A stretch of 10,410 nucleotides of DNA, taken from contig CAZHRF010000054.1 of assembly GCA_964534625.1 (NCBI GenBank), positions 1-10,410 of the forward strand, given 5' to 3'. The translations under genes were made by a program, and so were the position numbers. The DNA is from an uncultured archaeon. GTDB taxonomy: Archaea; Asgardarchaeota; Heimdallarchaeia; Heimdallarchaeales; Heimdallarchaeaceae. Position 1 is the first letter of the stretch, and each line of letters starts with the position of its first letter. This document shows, in pieces, positions 6,237-10,410 of this stretch. The notes under the pieces are model-generated. The model saw only the letters and a program-made list of their open reading frames with translations, ran no database searches and was not told the DNA's origin.

Positions 6237-7538
6237 TTAACGGGAATTCATCTTTTGTTTGTATTGTTGAGTTTTATGATACCTTCTCTTTTTGATTTTA
6301 TCAATGTTAGTTTTACATATGGGACAATGTTCTTTCATCGAGATCCACATACTTAAATGATTATGATGAAAAACATTTTTGCAGTTAGGGCAGAATGAAA
6401 CATGATTTTTTTGTTCAATGTTCATGTTGCAAACGTAACATTTAGGCAATTGTCTTCCACAATAACGGCAAAATGATGCGTCTTTCTTATTCGAGATTGA
6501 ACAATAAGGACAAGCATATTTACGTTTTAACACTTTTTTTGGTACGCGTGCTGTTTTATACACAAATAATCTTGTATTATCCAGTTTTTCTCCCAGTTCG
6601 TCTCTATTATCAACAATTGGTTTAATAATTGCAATCAGACAAACAAATGAACTCAACCCTAATCTAAACTCTAGTGTTTGTTCATAAGTTATGAAAAACA
6701 ATCCGATCCCCAACCCAAAGAGGAGAAAATAGTTTCTGATAATAACCCATTTGAATATTTCCCATGTATATCTAACAGCTAGTTTTAGTACCTCCCCTAG
6801 CCACTTTAGAAAACGCCAGAAAAGATTTGGAAAACGGATAATCCCCCGTCCGATAGTTTTTAAAAGTGTAATGATTAAATCAAATAAAGATTTTAACATG
6901 TTCCATAGTTGCTTTCTGAAATGAATAGTTAGTGTAAGAAGTATCAAACCTGCCCCAATTAGATAATTTAACACAGGAAAAAGCCATGGTATCTGGTCTA
7001 TCGCAGTTAAAACAATATAACATACACCAGAAACAAAAAATATATTCCATGGAGATATAAACAGTTTCCAATTAACTTGCTCGAGTATATCTAAGAAATT
7101 ATGCCAAGTTGTGTTAAGAAACCGAATAATTTTAACATTCAGATCATATGTTTCTGAGAAGAAGCCTATTAAGATTAAAAATAGCCCTCCAAATATTAAT
7201 ATAAAATTCCAGAACTCTTTTGCAAATAGACTAAAACCAAGGGCAAAAGTAATTGAAGGTAAAGCTAATACTAAAAAGCCAATATAAGCGATAATAGCTC
7301 CAGCAACAAAATAATCTATACCTTTTTTGTTTAATCGTCTAATAAGTAGTCCAAAAAAGCCTATAAGAAAACCTAAAACCATAACTCCCATACCCCAATT
7401 AGAATATTGACCTGAAAAGAACATATTTGTAAAAATGACGATCAACATTCCAAGCAGAGAAATAGCGAATCCTGTCCATAAAATAGGAATAACATCAAGT
7501 GTTTTGTGCTTTTTTTGTTTTTGTTTTTTAGTAAACAT
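6237..7538 (-). CDS. Multi-pass membrane protein (about 8 TM) with C-terminal zinc ribbon and RING-finger domain; putative membrane E3 ubiquitin ligase
   Basis: Hydrophobic segments with amphipathic linkers in residues ~15-310. Zinc ribbon C343-x2-C-x10-C-x2-CG. RING C367-x2-C-x12-C-x2-C-x4-H-x2-H-x3-W-x6-C-P-x-C408 (nt 6440-6315). ATG overlaps the upstream stop (TAATG), with AAGGAGGT SD at 7556-7549. Confidence 0.85.
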   Translation of the reverse strand: MFTKKQKQKKHKTLDVIPILWTGFAISLLGMLIVIFTNMFFSGQYSNWGMGVMVLGFLIGFFGLLIRRLNKKGIDYFVAGAIIAYIGFLVLALPSITFALGFSLFAKEFWNFILIFGGLFLILIGFFSETYDLNVKIIRFLNTTWHNFLDILEQVNWKLFISPWNIFFVSGVCYIVLTAIDQIPWLFPVLNYLIGAGLILLTLTIHFRKQLWNMLKSLFDLIITLLKTIGRGIIRFPNLFWRFLKWLGEVLKLAVRYTWEIFKWVIIRNYFLLFGLGIGLFFITYEQTLEFRLGLSSFVCLIAIIKPIVDNRDELGEKLDNTRLFVYKTARVPKKVLKRKYACPYCSISNKKDASFCRYCGRQLPKCYVCNMNIEQKNHVSFCPNCKNVFHHNHLSMWISMKEHCPICKTNIDKIKKRRYHKTQQYKQKMNSR

Positions 7539-9613
7539 TAGTCAAAAAACCTCCTTTTAATAAAATCGCCAATATTCTGCGACTTTTTGCTTCTTTCTTC
7601 AATTTTCCGCGCAATCATCTTTTTTATTTGATTGATAAGCAATATTATAGATATAATTCCCAGAACTATAAACATAAGCCCCATACTTGTTTTTACTGCG
7701 CTAGTGGCATTTGCGAATAAATTCAAGAAATCACTACCAAAGGTTAAAGCGATACCATATACTGTAGAGAACGACATAACAGAGAATAATAAAATCAACA
7801 AAATATTGTTATAGATAAAACGAGCGATAGTTTTTATACCATTCCAAATTGCTCTGAATATATCGGGTATTTTTTGAATTATTTGTTTGATTCTGTTCAA
7901 ATCAAAGATTAAACGTGCAAAAAGTAAGAACACAATACCAAAGATTAATGATAAAAGCGAATAAAGATTACTGCCAATATTATTTCTGACAACAATACTA
8001 GATATTATTAATGCTAGACCAACCAAACGAACACAGAAATAGAATCTTCTAACAAGAAATTCCCAAAACATCTTGGGATAGCCTATCCATTTAGCAAATA
8101 GGAACATCACACCACCCAATATTATTAGTACTATCCATTGGGTTGCCCAACTATTGATTATACCGAAAATTAACGAAACAATAATTAAACAAAAGCCTGT
8201 AAATCGTATAAGAGATACTCTATTTCTCTTTATATATTGAAAAACAGACTTTCGTGAAAAAATTAGAGAAATAGGGATCAATAGTGACCCAATGACTATC
8301 TGTACAGTAGCGAGAGTTGGACTAATCTGCCCACTTTTTCGCCATATAGAACCATAAATAATTAATAAAATGCCCAATGAAGCTCCAATTAATCTTAATA
8401 ATTCAAGAAACACTTTTTTGAAATTTCTACTAATAAAATAGTACAATTCAGAAAAAATAGTTTTTATAGCAGTCCACCAACCCAAGAAAACTTTTTCTCT
8501 TGAGAAGTATTCGCCTATCAAAATCAATGAAATACCCGAAAAAACAACAAAACTTTTGAACCCTCCGTCTATAATCGTTTTTGCATAAAAAAGCAGATAA
8601 ACACCAGAGGTAGCAACTAACAATCTAATAGTTTCTTTTAAAAGTATGACATAATGTTTTTTGATGAATTCGATAATTGATACAAGAACATTATATATCC
8701 CACTAAATAGGTCTCCAATGAAATCAAGAACAACTTTTCTTGATAATATTTCAGCTACAATGGAAATGGTTATACCCAAATACAATAATGGTAAGGGAAT
8801 CAGCTCTTTTATTGCTAAAACAACAATAACTATACCTCCAGCAAATACAATCAAACGCAAAGACTCTTTAATAATAACGATATAATGTGTGGAAATAAAG
8901 GAAAATAATTTTTTGAAAAAATCAACCAAGGACATAATAATTGTCTGGAAGACAAATTCGTTGAAGAACCAGTTAATGAAACGCCATATCCTTTTTGAAT
9001 GATGAGCGATCAGATAAAACCAACATGCACTAAAAGCCAAATAAACAAACCACACATTTTCCCATCTTAGTAATAAGAATATTATTCCTCCCAACGCACA
9101 TAGATCAAGTGTGTACAACACTATCGGACGAATATTTTCAATTAAAAAGTTAAACACATGTTCCATTCCCACCCATATTCTCTTTAAAGTGTGTTTTATT
9201 CCATTCCATATTACTTCATCTAATAGTGTTAATTCAAAAAAAGCACCCAAACCTAACAGTCCCAAACCCCAATAAACATAAACAATTTGCCCAAAGAAAG
9301 GTAAAGGTAAGAGCTTTTTTGATATAGAAACAATAATAAATAAGAAACCCACAATAATAGCAAAAATACCCAATTGCGAGTTCTTATCTACTTCTAAATT
9401 CTTCCTGAATAATCTGTAAGCAATATAAAAAACTAAGATACATGAATCAACTATTAACGCCATCAAAAGGATGTTTATAGGCAAAGCAAAATCAGCAAAT
9501 AGAGACAATAAAACCGTAGTTGCAATTATTAATATAACAAATAAATAATACGAAGCGTTTAGAAAATAATCTAAGAAAGGATTCTTAGATTCATCCTTTT
9601 TTTCACTATACAT
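7538..9613 (-). CDS. Large multi-pass membrane protein with internal TM-hairpin/amphipathic-helix repeats; function unknown
   Basis: 691 aa, roughly 16-18 hydrophobic segments by eye, three repeats at an exact 77-aa period, N-terminal region colinear with the downstream RING protein. Confidence 0.85.
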   Translation of the reverse strand: MYSEKKDESKNPFLDYFLNASYYLFVILIIATTVLLSLFADFALPINILLMALIVDSCILVFYIAYRLFRKNLEVDKNSQLGIFAIIVGFLFIIVSISKKLLPLPFFGQIVYVYWGLGLLGLGAFFELTLLDEVIWNGIKHTLKRIWVGMEHVFNFLIENIRPIVLYTLDLCALGGIIFLLLRWENVWFVYLAFSACWFYLIAHHSKRIWRFINWFFNEFVFQTIIMSLVDFFKKLFSFISTHYIVIIKESLRLIVFAGGIVIVVLAIKELIPLPLLYLGITISIVAEILSRKVVLDFIGDLFSGIYNVLVSIIEFIKKHYVILLKETIRLLVATSGVYLLFYAKTIIDGGFKSFVVFSGISLILIGEYFSREKVFLGWWTAIKTIFSELYYFISRNFKKVFLELLRLIGASLGILLIIYGSIWRKSGQISPTLATVQIVIGSLLIPISLIFSRKSVFQYIKRNRVSLIRFTGFCLIIVSLIFGIINSWATQWIVLIILGGVMFLFAKWIGYPKMFWEFLVRRFYFCVRLVGLALIISSIVVRNNIGSNLYSLLSLIFGIVFLLFARLIFDLNRIKQIIQKIPDIFRAIWNGIKTIARFIYNNILLILLFSVMSFSTVYGIALTFGSDFLNLFANATSAVKTSMGLMFIVLGIISIILLINQIKKMIARKIEERSKKSQNIGDFIKRRFFD
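7549..7556 (-). promoter_or_regulatory. Shine-Dalgarno sequence for the RING membrane protein, embedded in the upstream gene
   Basis: ACCTCCTT on + reads AAGGAGGT on -, 10 nt before the ATG at 7538. Confidence 0.7.
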
Positions 9614-9635
9614 AAAAAATCATAATGGGAACTCA

Positions 9636-9643
9636 TATATAAA
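9636..9643 (-). promoter_or_regulatory. Putative archaeal TATA box of the membrane-protein operon (probably leaderless mRNA)
   Basis: TTTATATA on the minus strand 23-30 nt upstream of the ATG at 9613. No SD in between. Confidence 0.55.
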
Positions 9644-9702
9644 TCATACCAAATTCAGTTATGGAATACTACGAAAAAAGTACAGTAGAATTCAATTTCT
9701 TA

Positions 9703-10206
9703 CTAATCTTCTCCCATTAATAATTCGATTAGTTCTTGCGCCCTGTTTTTCACTACTTCCGACATTTTTTCAAATGTTTTGACAGTATTAACTTGAACAC
9801 CTATCAGAACAAAATTTTTATCATATTCGAATATGGTTTTTTTTAATTCAGTAAAAGGTATTTGATGTGTAGATATAGGTTTGAGAGCATTTTCAATTTT
9901 TGAAGAAATATAAATTGTTCCAGGCTGTGCATCCATATCTATTGCGTCAATAAAAACAACCGATTGAATGGTATTATCTTCTATGACTTTAAGAACAGCA
10001 GAAGAAACATCGATATCCCTCTCAATATATACATTAGCGTATTTCTTTTTCAAGACATCACCAACTATAATGCCAAAAGCATCATCTGCTCTATCCATAT
10101 TTCCAAGACAGATGAAAGCAGTCTTAGATAAATCTAAAGAAGCATTTGATGCATAAAAATTGTTTTTTAGTCCTGAAAAGGTCAAATTATCACTGGATAA
10201 AAACAT
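9703..10206 (-). CDS. hycI: Hydrogenase maturation endopeptidase (peptidase A31, HycI-like)
   Basis: ICLGNMDRADDAFG, VVFIDAIDM...PG, ISTHQIP, LIGVQ and MSEVV motifs; 167 aa; AAGGA at 10217-10213 upstream. Confidence 0.85.
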   Translation of the reverse strand: MFLSSDNLTFSGLKNNFYASNASLDLSKTAFICLGNMDRADDAFGIIVGDVLKKKYANVYIERDIDVSSAVLKVIEDNTIQSVVFIDAIDMDAQPGTIYISSKIENALKPISTHQIPFTELKKTIFEYDKNFVLIGVQVNTVKTFEKMSEVVKNRAQELIELLMGED

Positions 10207-10323
10207 GCTTTTTCCTTTATAAGAGTTATGTAAATGAATTTTAAATATAAAACAAAAAATTTGAGTTATAATTGATTAATATACATTTAGATTAATTTAA
10301 GAACCTTACGTATAATAATTAAT

Positions 10324-10371
10324 AAGTAAAAAAGTAAAAAAGTAAAAAAGTAAAAAAGTAAAAAAGTAAAA
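10324..10371. repeat. Perfect intergenic tandem repeat (AAGTAAAA)x6
   Basis: Six exact 8-bp copies (48 bp) read directly from the sequence. Confidence 0.95.
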
Positions 10372-10410
10372 TAGATTAAAAAAGAATAAGAGAGAAGCTA
10401 TTTTTTAATC

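Noticed and set aside
7538-9613. Phage tape-measure protein (W/F-periodic amphipathic helices)
   Set aside because: The helices are short linkers between TM hairpins, and there are no phage structural genes or integrase nearby.
10324-10371. CRISPR array or replication iterons
   Set aside because: 8-bp units with no spacers, and no cas, rep or cdc6 gene in the window.

Overview
AT-rich window (roughly 30% GC by eye) with eight plausible CDSs: a small acidic hypothetical (-), peptidase T (-), a co-oriented trio of long-chain acyl-CoA synthetase, PLP-dependent alpha-oxoamine synthase and alpha/beta hydrolase (+), a translationally coupled pair of paralogous multi-pass membrane proteins whose downstream member ends in a zinc ribbon plus RING finger (-), and a HycI-like hydrogenase maturation protease (-). 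TATA/BRE-like boxes before several starts, oligo-T tracts after genes and the C4H2C2 RING suggest an archaeon, probably Asgard (inference). The two best leads are (1) an alpha-oxoamine synthase that looks like bacterial serine palmitoyltransferase rather than BioF/KBL, next to an acyl-CoA synthetase, which would be a candidate archaeal sphingoid-base locus, and (2) a membrane-embedded RING E3-like protein paired with a paralogue built from 77-aa TM-hairpin repeats. There is also a frameshifted relic of the hydrolase gene, a perfect (AAGTAAAA)x6 array and several intergenic inverted repeats. All family calls come from motif recognition; no searches were run.
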